From an uncultured Phycisphaerales bacterium (GTDB taxonomy: Bacteria > Planctomycetota > B15-G4 > CAYZWU01): DNA of 64,000 nt. This document shows positions 1-9,393 of the stretch, piece after piece (position 1 is the first letter of the stretch; each line of letters starts with the position of its first letter). A model generated the notes under the pieces. That model did no database searches. It had not been told where the DNA came from and saw only the letters and a list, made by a program, of their open reading frames with translations. A program made the position numbers and the translations under genes. The DNA is taken from positions 540-64,539 of the forward strand of contig CAZIUL010000020.1 of assembly GCA_964542475.1 (NCBI GenBank). Direction: 5' to 3'.

Positions 1-1757
1 ACCGTAACGTTACCGGACGGATTGAAGCTGATGGAGCCGTCCGGGTCCACTTTGAACAGCCACACATCCTCGAGGCTCAAGGCAGCGGTTGTGCCGGTGA
101 CGCAATACCCGCTGTTGATGCACTCCTTTGCAGCTCCGGCCAGGTCGTCGCCTGAACCGGCGTAGCTCTTCTCCCACTCCAACACGCCCTCGGGGCTCAG
201 CTTCACGAGCCACAGATCGCGGTCTCCCTCGCCGAAAGAGCAGGTGTCTGCCGCCAGAATGATACCGCCATTTCCATCGACTGAGATGAAACGGCCGTAA
301 TCCTCGAAATCCGTTGCACCGGTGCCGCCGAACGCCTTCTGCCACTCCACATCGCCGTTCAAATCCAGCTTCAGGACCCAGACATCCGGATAGGAGGTGC
401 CGGAGCAATAGGTGTCGCCTGCCACGATGAAACCGCTGTCCGGTGTTTGCGCGATGCTCCGGGCATACTCTTCATAGGTGCTGCCGTAGCTCTTCTGCCA
501 TTCAACATCGCCCGCGGCGCTGAGTTTCAGAATCCAGAAGTCGCCGGCCCCTGCGCCGAAGGAAGAGGTGGTGCCGGCAAGCACGCAGCCTCCGTCATCG
601 GTCGTGGCAGCGGAGAGGGCATAGTCTTCATTGTAGTCGCCGTAGCGCTTCTGCCACTCCACATCGCCGTTCGAATCCAGCTTCAGGACCCAGGCATCCG
701 TGGAGCCCGCCCCGAACGAGGCGGTGGCGCCCACCACGATGTAGCCCCCGTTGCTCGACTTGCATGTAAAAGCGGCAAAATCATAACTAGGGCCGCCATA
801 GGCTTTCTCCCATACGATATTACCCGCCTGATCCAGGTTCAGGATCCAGGCGTCGCTGGCTCCAGCTCCGAAGGCCGTTGTGTTCGCCGCCAGGATCAGG
901 CCGCCTTGCACCGATTCGATGATTGTCTTGCCGTAATCGTCGTAGGCTCCACCGTAGGTCTTCTCCCATTCCACTGCCCCGTCCCTGGCCACTTTCAGGA
1001 CCCAGCAGTCGCTGGGCCCCGCGCCGAAGGAGGAGGTGGTTCCCGCTGCCACGAAGCCCTGGTCTCCCTGGTCAAGGACCGAAACGGCGCTGTCATCGTT
1101 CAGGCCGCAGTAGGCCTTGGCCCACGGGGTCAAGGCTGTCTCACCACCAATGACATCGCTGTAGTCCGACATGCTGCCGTTCTCGTTGTAAGCCCTCAAC
1201 CGGTAAAAATAGAGCGTTTCAGGATCGAGATTTTCGTCCTGATATGACGTGGTATCCGCTGCCAGGTCGGCAATGACCTCGAACTCCATTCTGCCCGTGT
1301 TCCGCTCCAGGCTGTAGCCGTTCTCCATGTCCGAATTGTCCGTCCACTGGAGGTCGATCCGGCTGCTGGAACCGGCCCGGCCCTCCAGGTCCGAGGGCGC
1401 GAAAAGGGTGAAGGCTGTCACACTGTTGCTGTAATCGGATGCATTCTTCGCGTCAAAGGCCCGCACCCGGTAGAGATATTCGGTCTCTGCCTCAGGAACG
1501 TTGTCTTTGCAGGAGGTCTCATCCGCGGCCACAGTGGCTACGACCTTGTAGGTGCCGCCGTTGTCATCGCTGCGCTCGACATCGAAGCCGCTCTCCTTCT
1601 CGGTTTCGTCCGTCCACTCCAGGTACACCTCGGTGCTGGATGCGCCGTAGCCCGTGAGCGTAGGGGGCGTGGTCTTGGCCAGGGAAAATCCGCCGCCGGT
1701 GCTCGAGCGTCTACACCCGCTGCCGAGCAAGGCGATGCCGATGAAAAGAGGGCACAT
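1..1757 (-). CDS. Partial (C-terminus beyond the window start) secreted lipoprotein with two Fn3-like modules followed by SBBP-type beta-propeller repeats (DxWVLKLDxNGxxxWQKxYGG)
   Basis: Manual minus-strand translation from the ATG at 1757 gives MCPLFIGIALLGSGC (signal peptide plus lipobox), then Fn3-like segments (TEVYLEWTD...YRVRA) and at least 6 repeats of about 40 aa such as PDVWVLKLDLNGDVEWQKAFGG. Matching ~120-bp DNA periodicity is visible across 200..1100. The ORF track misses it because no stop codon lies inside the window. Confidence 0.6.
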   Translation of the reverse strand, partial: MCPLFIGIALLGSGCRRSSTGGGFSLAKTTPPTLTGYGASSTEVYLEWTDETEKESGFDVERSDDNGGTYKVVATVAADETSCKDNVPEAETEYLYRVRAFDAKNASDYSNSVTAFTLFAPSDLEGRAGSSSRIDLQWTDNSDMENGYSLERNTGRMEFEVIADLAADTTSYQDENLDPETLYFYRLRAYNENGSMSDYSDVIGGETALTPWAKAYCGLNDDSAVSVLDQGDQGFVAAGTTSSFGAGPSDCWVLKVARDGAVEWEKTYGGAYDDYGKTIIESVQGGLILAANTTAFGAGASDAWILNLDQAGNIVWEKAYGGPSYDFAAFTCKSSNGGYIVVGATASFGAGSTDAWVLKLDSNGDVEWQKRYGDYNEDYALSAATTDDGGCVLAGTTSSFGAGAGDFWILKLSAAGDVEWQKSYGSTYEEYARSIAQTPDSGFIVAGDTYCSGTSYPDVWVLKLDLNGDVEWQKAFGGTGATDFEDYGRFISVDGNGGIILAADTCSFGEGDRDLWLVKLSPEGVLEWEKSYAGSGDDLAGAAKECINSGYCVTGTTAALSLEDVWLFKVDPDGSISFNPSGNVT

Positions 1758-1822
1758 CAAGAGTGTGGTTATCAGCCGGGTATCCATGTTCATCGCTCCT
1801 TTATCCATGTGCAGGATCCCGC

Positions 1823-4800
1823 TCAGGGTTCCAGGGTTATTGTTATCGGGTTCGATGCGAAAAAGGGATTGGGCGCCAGCATGTAGGCGAAATAGATCTT
1901 CGTCCCCGCCATGATGGGGTTAACCGGCCCCATGGTGTCCAGTGTGGCATTGGCCTTCCCCGCGGCATCCAGGATGCCCATGAAGCTCTTGAATATGGGC
2001 GTGCCCAGGGACGACATGACGATTCCGGTGAAAACATCCCATTTCAGGGGCAGCACCTCTCCTCCCGGCAGGGGGATGCCCGGCTCGGTCCCGGTGGCTG
2101 AGCCAAGCACCAGGTATTGTCGATCCCCGTTCGCTTCTCCCGCGTCCAGGTCTAAACCGATAACCGCGCCCTGGGAGAGGGGGATGGAAAAGGCGTCGGC
2201 CCAGAGGGGCGGGGTCTCCCGGAGGCGGAAGACGCAGAGGTCGTCCATCGCCGCTTCCACAGTGCTGTCGTTGGGATAGTCGCTTGCAATGAACCGCACC
2301 TTCACTGCGGAGGTGGCCTGCACGTAGTCCAAGAGCCTGAAGGACTTGAACTTCCACTGGGGATCATGGGTAAGCTCCATAACCTTTACCCAGGTGGCAC
2401 CGTCGTCGTCTGATACCTGCACCTCGAACGGTTCAAAGGCGCCGTTGAACAAATGATAGAACCAGAGGTTTGCTCCGATCATCACATCCTTACCAGCAAG
2501 ATCCAGGGAAGGTGAGGTGAGCATCGTAGGCCCCCCGTCCAGGTCGTCGTCCCAGTAGTAGACGCCCTGGTTCCCGGTGACGAAGCAGTACATGCCCTGC
2601 TCAGTGCAGTCCTCTTCCGGTTGAGCCATGGTACCGTCCGGCTCCCCCCATTCCCATTCACCGGCCTCGATGTTGAAGCTCTCTATGGTCCAGCCGAGAT
2701 CGGACTCGCAGGCGTCCTTCTGAACAATCTCCATGTAGCCCACATCGAAGGCGTATACCTTGTCGGGCGCGTTCAGCGGCAGAGTTACTGTGGAGCCCCC
2801 GCTGCCCTGCAGGCTGAAGTAGAGCTCGGGTTTGGCACCAAGCGGGGTTTTGGGCAGCACCGCTTCGTAGAGGTTGCCTCCAAGATTCGTGAGGGATACC
2901 GTGCCGTACGGATCGCTGGGATCGAACCGGTAGTACATCATCCCTGATCCCGGAACGTAGCTTTCCAGCCCCGGAGTGATTTCCAGGACAATGTGGGCCT
3001 CGTTGCCTGGAAGACGTAGGCCCTTGGGGGGCTCATCGATGAAGCGCCAGGCCAGCGGTGACTGCACGGCCAGGCTCAGGTCCGGGTTGCCCCAGAGGGA
3101 GCTCCACTCGAAGTACTCGTATTCCAGGTCCGCGTAAAAAAGCCCGTAGATGTACATTTCCTGAAGGGCCCACTGGGTGGCGGCGCCCTGGGAGTACTCT
3201 GCCGAGGTCACCTTTGTGGTGAAGAAGTAGTCCATGGACGAACCGCACCCGTTGTAGGGAAAGCTCCACCCGAGGATGCCGTAGGAGACCTTTGTGGCGC
3301 CGAGAAAGCCGACGGATCCCTGCTTGAGCATCATCTTGCCGATGTTTTCCTCGGCAGTGTCCGAGTTGCTGCAGGCGTTGGCAAAGATCACCGAGGGGAA
3401 ATCGTCGTTGAGGCATGTGCAGTCCGCGCTGGAAATGAACGGCGGCGCATAGATGCCGTATATGTGGCTGGAGAAGGGGGATCCATGGCCGGCCCAGTTG
3501 ACAAAGGCGTACTTTCCGTTGGCCCAGGTCTTGGTGGCGTTCTTGTTCAACAGCTCCAGGTCGCAGTCATAGGTCGAAGAGTACTCGCTGTTTTTCTCAT
3601 AGAGCTTCGTGGTGCTCCAATCCTCCATCCAGGGAATGTCGGGATTGAGGCTTGTGTTACTTTTCAGCTCCATTAGCACCGCGTTGTCCGTATCGGGCCA
3701 GAAGAATGCGCCCAGGAGGAGTATGTTCTTCTTGAAAGAGAGATCGTTGCTCAGCTCGAAGTTGACGGACTTCTTGCAGATGTGCTCCACCGTTTCGGGA
3801 TCGCTCCAGGGGATGCGGCCTGTCTTGACCTCGCCGTAAAAGTCGTTGGCGTCCGAGTCCTCCCCCCACTGGAGGTTGTTGTTGCTGTCCCAGGATTGTA
3901 TGTCCGCCTTGGACAGTTCGGAGTAGTAGTAGTCCGTTTCGGGCCGGCCGTAGCCCATATCCTGGGCGACGGTTCGCATAGGCACATCGTTATTGTCGCC
4001 CACGAGGAGCACGTCCTCGATGCCCCATTTCTCCTGGGGGTAGCAGGCCCTGAGAAAACTCCGGATCTTCGCCGCCAGGTCGTACCCTGGATAGTTGATA
4101 AAGATCCAGCTCGTGGTGACCACCTTCACGGTGCGGCCCTTGGCGGTCTCCCAATCCAGCAGGGGCTGTACCGCAGCGGTCAGGGGGCTTGTGGTGATGA
4201 TCACGTAATCGTACAGGCCCCGACCGCCCATGGTGCAATTTCCGGGATACCAGGCCTGTGCTTCATCGTAGTTGTACACGATCTTCCGGGCGAGGGCCTC
4301 GGTGCGGGGCAGGTTGTCAAGGCGGACCACGTCGCCGGGCAGCTCCTCGGGTTGATCGTAGCTCACACGGATCGTGATGCCGGGATAATGCGTCAGCTTG
4401 CCGGTGCCGGGGTTCCAGCTGAAGGGACAGATCCGGACGTCGGCCAGGTTGTATTTCCTGTAACCCGCCTGCCGGAGGTATGTGGCCTGCTGCGCGGGAT
4501 AGGGAGTCCGGCTGCCGTACACCTCGCTGTAGTTAGCCTCGTAAACCCTCAAATCGCGAGCGTAGCATTCAGGATCCTCAGCGCCTGACACCCTCGGAAG
4601 CGGGCAGGGCGGGATCCGGTACGTGCCGGGAAGGACGATCCCGTTCTCCACCTCATAGGTCACGCCCTTGACGGTTGCTCCCGGTGGAACAGCCACCCCG
4701 AAGATGCGGGCGGGCATGTTCGGCTTTCCAGCAACGAGCAGCCGGCCGAAGCCTTCCACAAAGATCTCCCGGCCATCGCCCACAGCCTTGATCTGGTAAG

Positions 4801-4936
4801 GGCCCGGCTTGATCGTCACAGTGACCGTGCCCTCCTCGGCCGCAGCCGATCCTGCAGAAACGAGAAGCGCCGCAGCGGCCAGGAGCAGAATGATCGCCTG
4901 GGATTCAATGCGCATGGTCATCGATCCGTCCTCCAA
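1823..4936 (-). CDS. Gingipain-like cysteine peptidase (family C25) with signal peptide and a C-terminal ~90-aa domain ending ...ITITLEP
   Basis: 1037 aa. His/Cys dyad motifs NWAGHGSPF and FANACSNSD; N-terminal signal peptide; C-terminal domain paralogous to that of 38114..40426. Confidence 0.7.
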   Translation of the reverse strand: MEDGSMTMRIESQAIILLLAAAALLVSAGSAAAEEGTVTVTIKPGPYQIKAVGDGREIFVEGFGRLLVAGKPNMPARIFGVAVPPGATVKGVTYEVENGIVLPGTYRIPPCPLPRVSGAEDPECYARDLRVYEANYSEVYGSRTPYPAQQATYLRQAGYRKYNLADVRICPFSWNPGTGKLTHYPGITIRVSYDQPEELPGDVVRLDNLPRTEALARKIVYNYDEAQAWYPGNCTMGGRGLYDYVIITTSPLTAAVQPLLDWETAKGRTVKVVTTSWIFINYPGYDLAAKIRSFLRACYPQEKWGIEDVLLVGDNNDVPMRTVAQDMGYGRPETDYYYSELSKADIQSWDSNNNLQWGEDSDANDFYGEVKTGRIPWSDPETVEHICKKSVNFELSNDLSFKKNILLLGAFFWPDTDNAVLMELKSNTSLNPDIPWMEDWSTTKLYEKNSEYSSTYDCDLELLNKNATKTWANGKYAFVNWAGHGSPFSSHIYGIYAPPFISSADCTCLNDDFPSVIFANACSNSDTAEENIGKMMLKQGSVGFLGATKVSYGILGWSFPYNGCGSSMDYFFTTKVTSAEYSQGAATQWALQEMYIYGLFYADLEYEYFEWSSLWGNPDLSLAVQSPLAWRFIDEPPKGLRLPGNEAHIVLEITPGLESYVPGSGMMYYRFDPSDPYGTVSLTNLGGNLYEAVLPKTPLGAKPELYFSLQGSGGSTVTLPLNAPDKVYAFDVGYMEIVQKDACESDLGWTIESFNIEAGEWEWGEPDGTMAQPEEDCTEQGMYCFVTGNQGVYYWDDDLDGGPTMLTSPSLDLAGKDVMIGANLWFYHLFNGAFEPFEVQVSDDDGATWVKVMELTHDPQWKFKSFRLLDYVQATSAVKVRFIASDYPNDSTVEAAMDDLCVFRLRETPPLWADAFSIPLSQGAVIGLDLDAGEANGDRQYLVLGSATGTEPGIPLPGGEVLPLKWDVFTGIVMSSLGTPIFKSFMGILDAAGKANATLDTMGPVNPIMAGTKIYFAYMLAPNPFFASNPITITLEP

Positions 4937-5072
4937 AGATAGTTTTCTTGCTATAGAGGGGTTTGTGTTTTTCCGTATTCAAAATCCGGATGCTGTGATA
5001 ATTCGTTTTGAGGCGCTTGTATGGAAAAGACCTCATTTCGAACGCCCAGGATAAAGGATAGGCCCGGATTTC

Positions 5073-5996
5073 TCAAGGACTTATTGGTTTTCTGGTGGAG
5101 AAAGCCGACATGGAATAAACCGCCTTTCCCGCACGCACAAGGCACATCAAGGCAAAAGCCAGAACAACATCGGTCGGCCCGAGCGGCCAGTCCAGCATGT
5201 AGGAAACCATAAAGCCTAAAACCGCTGTTACCAGTCCGATCGCCGAGGCTGTCACATAGAAGCTTGTCATGTTGAAGGCAACCGCCCTGGCCGCAAGAGG
5301 CGGAATCACCAGAAGACCAAAGATAACGAGCGGACCCACTGTGATCACACCCACCGAGATGGATGCGCCCATGAGACAGTATAGGATGACATCCCAGAGA
5401 AGGGGATTTTTGCCGAGGCTCATGGCAGCCTCGCGGTCATAACCCACAAGCAGGAAGTTCCTGTGGAACAGGATGAAGGCAACAAGCACAACACCGAACA
5501 GGATGATTATCGCAAGCAGATCGCTTCCGCTCAATGCCAGGATCTCTCCGCGAAGAAGCACCTGCACATGCCCGGCCCCAAACGCGCCCGCGGAAAGGAA
5601 CAGTATGGTCGCTGCCGCTGCAAAGGAGTAGCCTGCGGCGATGCGGCCTTCCTGTGCGGAGCCATTCCTTTCGCCCAAAAGCGCAAGCACCAGGAGTGCC
5701 CCGAATGTGAACGCAGTGGCCCAGAAGAGATGGAAAGCGAAACCGGCTTCACCGGTCCCGGGACCGTGTGAGTACCCATTAGCCCGCTCGTGGAACCAGG
5801 GGCAGACCATGAAACCGAACGCCACACCGGCTGCTGCGAACTGGGGAACGGCGATCCCCAGAAATACCACCCTGCGCACGAGGAAAAAGACTCCCATCAA
5901 CGGGCAAACCACGCCAACCACAATGGAGCCGTAGAAGCTGTTGGCGAAAAGGGTCAGAATATCGCTGATTGCCTCATTTATGCCTGACATGTTCAC
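5073..5996 (-). CDS. znuB: Metal (Zn/Mn) ABC transporter permease, ABC-3 family (ZnuB/TroC/MntB-like)
   Basis: 307 aa polytopic membrane protein typical of the ABC-3 family; in an operon with an ATPase and a TroA-like binding protein. Confidence 0.75.
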   Translation of the reverse strand: MNMSGINEAISDILTLFANSFYGSIVVGVVCPLMGVFFLVRRVVFLGIAVPQFAAAGVAFGFMVCPWFHERANGYSHGPGTGEAGFAFHLFWATAFTFGALLVLALLGERNGSAQEGRIAAGYSFAAAATILFLSAGAFGAGHVQVLLRGEILALSGSDLLAIIILFGVVLVAFILFHRNFLLVGYDREAAMSLGKNPLLWDVILYCLMGASISVGVITVGPLVIFGLLVIPPLAARAVAFNMTSFYVTASAIGLVTAVLGFMVSYMLDWPLGPTDVVLAFALMCLVRAGKAVYSMSAFSTRKPISP

Positions 5997-6048
5997 AGGT
6001 CCTCAAAACAATCAAAAACTTGGTCCGCGCATCGAGGAAAAAACAGGG

Positions 6049-6828
6049 TTATGCGCCGTACATCTCATTTATCAGCCCCTCGGAAAGAAGAGCGGAGGGA
6101 GAGTCCCGAAGAACACACCCCCTGCTGACCCATAGTATCTCCTTGACCGCCTTTCGCACCACATCAAGCTCGTGGCACACGAGCACGATGGTATGACCTT
6201 CTGTGTTGAGGCGGTTCAAGAGATCCATCAGGCTCTTCTCAGCGTTGTGGTCCGCACCACTCGTGGGCTCGTCCAGGAGAAGAAGATCCGGACTCGTGAA
6301 AAGCGCACGTGCGATCAACACGCGCTGCTTCTGACCCGCGGAAAGACTGCTGAAGAGGCGGCGCGCTTGCTCGCTCATTCCCACATCGGCAAGGCATTGC
6401 TGTAGAAAAGAGAGCTCCTTTCTTCCGGGCCGCCCCAAAAGGCCAAACCGCTTGTACCCCCCCATCAGAACGACTTCCCCGACCGTGAGCGGATAGATGG
6501 GGTCCAGGCTCTGGACCTGCGGCACATAACCGATGACGATGCTTTTTTCGTGTTCCTCCCCCGGTCCAACCCGGATCCTGCCGCTGTCAGGCTTTAAAAC
6601 ACCTATCGCACCGCGAAGAAGCGTTGTCTTGCCCGCGCCGTTCGGCCCTACGAGGCCCAGGAAATCGCCCCTTCGAACGATGAGGTCCACCCCGCTGAGA
6701 ACCGCGGTCCCGCCGTACCCGAGCACGGCTTTTTCGAACCTGAGCAGCACATCCCTTTGCTCGCCCGGTCCGTTTTCATGGCAAGGCGGACGCGCGTTCG
6801 TATTACAATTACGGTCTTCTTCATCCAT
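6049..6828 (-). CDS. znuC: Metal ABC transporter ATP-binding protein (start trimmed to the internal Met MDEEDRN at 6828, just downstream of the znuA stop)
   Basis: Walker A GPNGAGKTTLL and ABC signature LSAGQKQR; the track ORF 6049..7008 overlaps the upstream gene by 175 bp, so the later start at 6828 was chosen. Confidence 0.8.
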   Translation of the reverse strand: MDEEDRNCNTNARPPCHENGPGEQRDVLLRFEKAVLGYGGTAVLSGVDLIVRRGDFLGLVGPNGAGKTTLLRGAIGVLKPDSGRIRVGPGEEHEKSIVIGYVPQVQSLDPIYPLTVGEVVLMGGYKRFGLLGRPGRKELSFLQQCLADVGMSEQARRLFSSLSAGQKQRVLIARALFTSPDLLLLDEPTSGADHNAEKSLMDLLNRLNTEGHTIVLVCHELDVVRKAVKEILWVSRGCVLRDSPSALLSEGLINEMYGA

Positions 6829-6833
6829 ACGTC

Positions 6834-7847
6834 TCAGCGTTCCTCCTGCTCTGTTTCGTTCCCGCTGCCAAGCGCCCTGCTGATCTCTTTTGCCGTGGCA
6901 ACTGGTTTTCCGAGCGCCTTCAACATGGCCTTTATGTTGTGATCGATCAGGCGTATGTAGGTGGATGTCTCCTTTGTACCGCCGCTCATGTTGGGAAGGG
7001 TCAGGCATGTTATGCCTGTCTTTTCCTCAAGAAGTCTCGGGTACCGGTCGGTGAAGTAAGGCTCCCTGATGACCAGCTCGGCTCCTTCCTTCTCTATGCT
7101 CCGGATCAGCCTTACCAGGTGTCTCGCGCTCGGAGGAATGCCAGGCTTCGGTTCGATCTCGCCCACGACCTCGATCCCGAAGCGTTCGACGAAGTAGCTC
7201 CAGGACCTGTGATAGGTCACGACCTTGACTCCTTCGAGCGGCTGTGCAAGGACCTCCCATTCCCTCATCCTTGATTCGAGAAGTTCAATGTATGCATCCC
7301 GGTTTTTCTTGAAAACATTCGCATGCCCGGGGTATGCCCTGCAAAGCCCTTCACAGATCGTGCGCACCATTTGCGGAGCGTTCCCCGGATCCAGGTTGTA
7401 ATGAGGGTTTCCTTCCGGATGAACCATGCCCTCCATGCGGTCAGGGTTGCTGTGTTTTTCCAGAGGCTCTATCCCTGCCGAACAGTTGATAAAACCCGCT
7501 GCTCCCGGCTGTATCTCATCGTTCCTGCAGTTGTACAAAAGGTCCGGAAGCCAGGCATGCTCGTTGTCCAGACCCACCTCGATCAAAACATCCGCCCTGT
7601 TCAGCATGATCAGGTAACTCGGCTTCATGGGTATCGAGTGCATGTCCTCATTGCCGCCGGCTATGCTTTTCACCCTGACGAGCTCGCCACCCACCTCACC
7701 AGCCATGTCAGCCAGGTCCGGAACCGTCGTGACAACGAAGATCTCGTCCGCGCAATCGGCTATGGGAGATAGAATGTAAAACGCGCACAAGAAGTGAAGC
7801 AGCATCAAAATGAAACACGGTCTGATCGTTTTTTTGCTCATCTCCAT
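6834..7847 (-). CDS. znuA: Periplasmic metal-binding protein, TroA/ZnuA-like (cluster 9 substrate-binding protein)
   Basis: 337 aa with signal peptide and ZnuA/TroA-like His/Asp metal-ligand arrangement; first gene of the znuACB-type operon. Confidence 0.7.
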   Translation of the reverse strand: MEMSKKTIRPCFILMLLHFLCAFYILSPIADCADEIFVVTTVPDLADMAGEVGGELVRVKSIAGGNEDMHSIPMKPSYLIMLNRADVLIEVGLDNEHAWLPDLLYNCRNDEIQPGAAGFINCSAGIEPLEKHSNPDRMEGMVHPEGNPHYNLDPGNAPQMVRTICEGLCRAYPGHANVFKKNRDAYIELLESRMREWEVLAQPLEGVKVVTYHRSWSYFVERFGIEVVGEIEPKPGIPPSARHLVRLIRSIEKEGAELVIREPYFTDRYPRLLEEKTGITCLTLPNMSGGTKETSTYIRLIDHNIKAMLKALGKPVATAKEISRALGSGNETEQEER

Positions 7848-7901
7848 CGACTCCTTTGCATCTTGAATCTTGGAACCTGCTCCATTCCATCATCCATCCG
7901 G

Positions 7902-9335
7902 TCACCAGTCTAGCCCGTGCGAGTGGCTTCCCATCACTATGCTCCACTGCAGCATCAGCTCGTGATAATCGCGGCTCGTAATAACATCCCCCCTGTCCTG
8001 ATCGTTGTACCTGTACTGGAACCTGAGCCAGTTGAACGGAGAGATCTTCCAGGTCAAAAAACCGGAATAATCGCGCTTGGCCACATTTGACGCATCCTTG
8101 ATCGAGTAAGCGTCGGCCAGCAGCCCGGTCGACCAGTAAGGGTTCCATTCGTATTCGCACCACAGGTAGCCGCCCAAAGCTTCGTTGTCAACGATCTCGT
8201 GGTGACCGTCGTGTTCGTGCAGGAAAGTGCCGTTCGATACCAGGGCCTCGCCTCCAAGATTAAACGCGCGGCGCGATGCGGGATCCTGCCACTTGTAGGT
8301 CATGTCGAGTGCGCCCACGGCCCGGTGAGTGTGATGACGCTCATCCCCGTGTTCTACCTGGATGTCCGGGGCCCACCACGCGCTGCTCCCGAGCTGGACA
8401 CTGCTCTCTTCAGTGACATCCATGTACGAAGTCACGCGGCCCCCATAGGAAAAGTTGTCGAGATGCCTTTTGGGGAAGTGCTCCCCTTGTTCATCGTGGT
8501 GGTGATGCGCGTGTCCTATTGCGTGCGTGTGCCCCTCGAGCTTGGTGAACACCCCGACCGACCACCTCAGAGGTATCTCGTCGGTCAGCCCGAACCACTG
8601 GTGCAGCTCCATGCCTGTTCCCGTGAGGCTTCCGCCGATAAAGTCGGTCAAAACACCCGGCTTTTCCACGAAGGGGAGCGCATGGTCGTGGCGCTGGCCG
8701 AACTTGGTGACATCCGCAAGAAAACGGCCGCCCTTCAAGCTAAAGTTCGCGGGAAGGCGGTTCATAACTCCTGCCGCTTCGATTACCCTCACGGCCTCGC
8801 CTTCCTGGGCCTCAAACGTTGCATAGGCGTAACCGAAAGGATCAACACGCGCTGAAAGGCTCAGCTCGGCCGCACGAAGCCAGAAGCTGTCCTGGCCGAT
8901 GCGTGACCCCTTGCTCGTGGAACATGTGGCGATCGTGTCCAGGACCACTCCGACTGCCGGGTTGAAGATCCGCGAGAACCGGTCGGTCTGCCCGAGCTCG
9001 CCTATCAATCCGGGAGATGCGCCCATGGTCGGGCCGGCCGAGGGCAGATATTCTCCCGTGTCATTACGGCGCATCCGGCCAGGCCGCTCCTCTGTTCCAT
9101 CCTCCACGCTCTCCACCTTATCCAGTTCCAGCAGTTCAAGGGCCAGTTCGAGAGCTTGAATGCGCTCTTCATATTCTTCTCTCATCTTCGCGATCTCTTC
9201 TTTGAGATCCTCTACGGTTACTTTCTTTTCCTGCGCGGACAAGGATTGAGCCGACGCCAGGCAAAACAGGGCGAAGGCGCACCCTGCAGCCGCTTTTACC
9301 AGGTTCATCGATAAATACCTCCAAAACCCGGGCAC
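7902..9335 (-). CDS. Putative outer-membrane beta-barrel porin with N-terminal coiled-coil and a His-rich loop (GHAHHHHDEQGEH); probable metal-regulated OM channel
   Basis: 477 aa with signal peptide, an N-terminal heptad-like segment (EEIAKMREEYEERIQALELALELLE), then alternating amphipathic beta-strand-like sequence ending in an aromatic C-terminal residue (W); sits immediately upstream of znuACB on the same strand. Confidence 0.5.
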   Translation of the reverse strand: MPGFWRYLSMNLVKAAAGCAFALFCLASAQSLSAQEKKVTVEDLKEEIAKMREEYEERIQALELALELLELDKVESVEDGTEERPGRMRRNDTGEYLPSAGPTMGASPGLIGELGQTDRFSRIFNPAVGVVLDTIATCSTSKGSRIGQDSFWLRAAELSLSARVDPFGYAYATFEAQEGEAVRVIEAAGVMNRLPANFSLKGGRFLADVTKFGQRHDHALPFVEKPGVLTDFIGGSLTGTGMELHQWFGLTDEIPLRWSVGVFTKLEGHTHAIGHAHHHHDEQGEHFPKRHLDNFSYGGRVTSYMDVTEESSVQLGSSAWWAPDIQVEHGDERHHTHRAVGALDMTYKWQDPASRRAFNLGGEALVSNGTFLHEHDGHHEIVDNEALGGYLWCEYEWNPYWSTGLLADAYSIKDASNVAKRDYSGFLTWKISPFNWLRFQYRYNDQDRGDVITSRDYHELMLQWSIVMGSHSHGLDW

Positions 9336-9393
9336 TAAACCAGGAATGCGTGGTTCAAGCTTTAACAGTGTGTGAGTTTTCAGAGTTGTTCCG

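Noticed and set aside
447-1247. 266-aa plus-strand ORF in the track
   Set aside because: It is the antisense shadow of the minus-strand SBBP/Fn3 lipoprotein gene; its translation is low-complexity Ala/Gly/Arg-rich with no motif, whereas the minus strand gives clean repeat-protein sequence.
3782-4588. 268-aa plus-strand ORF
   Set aside because: Antisense inside the C25 peptidase gene.
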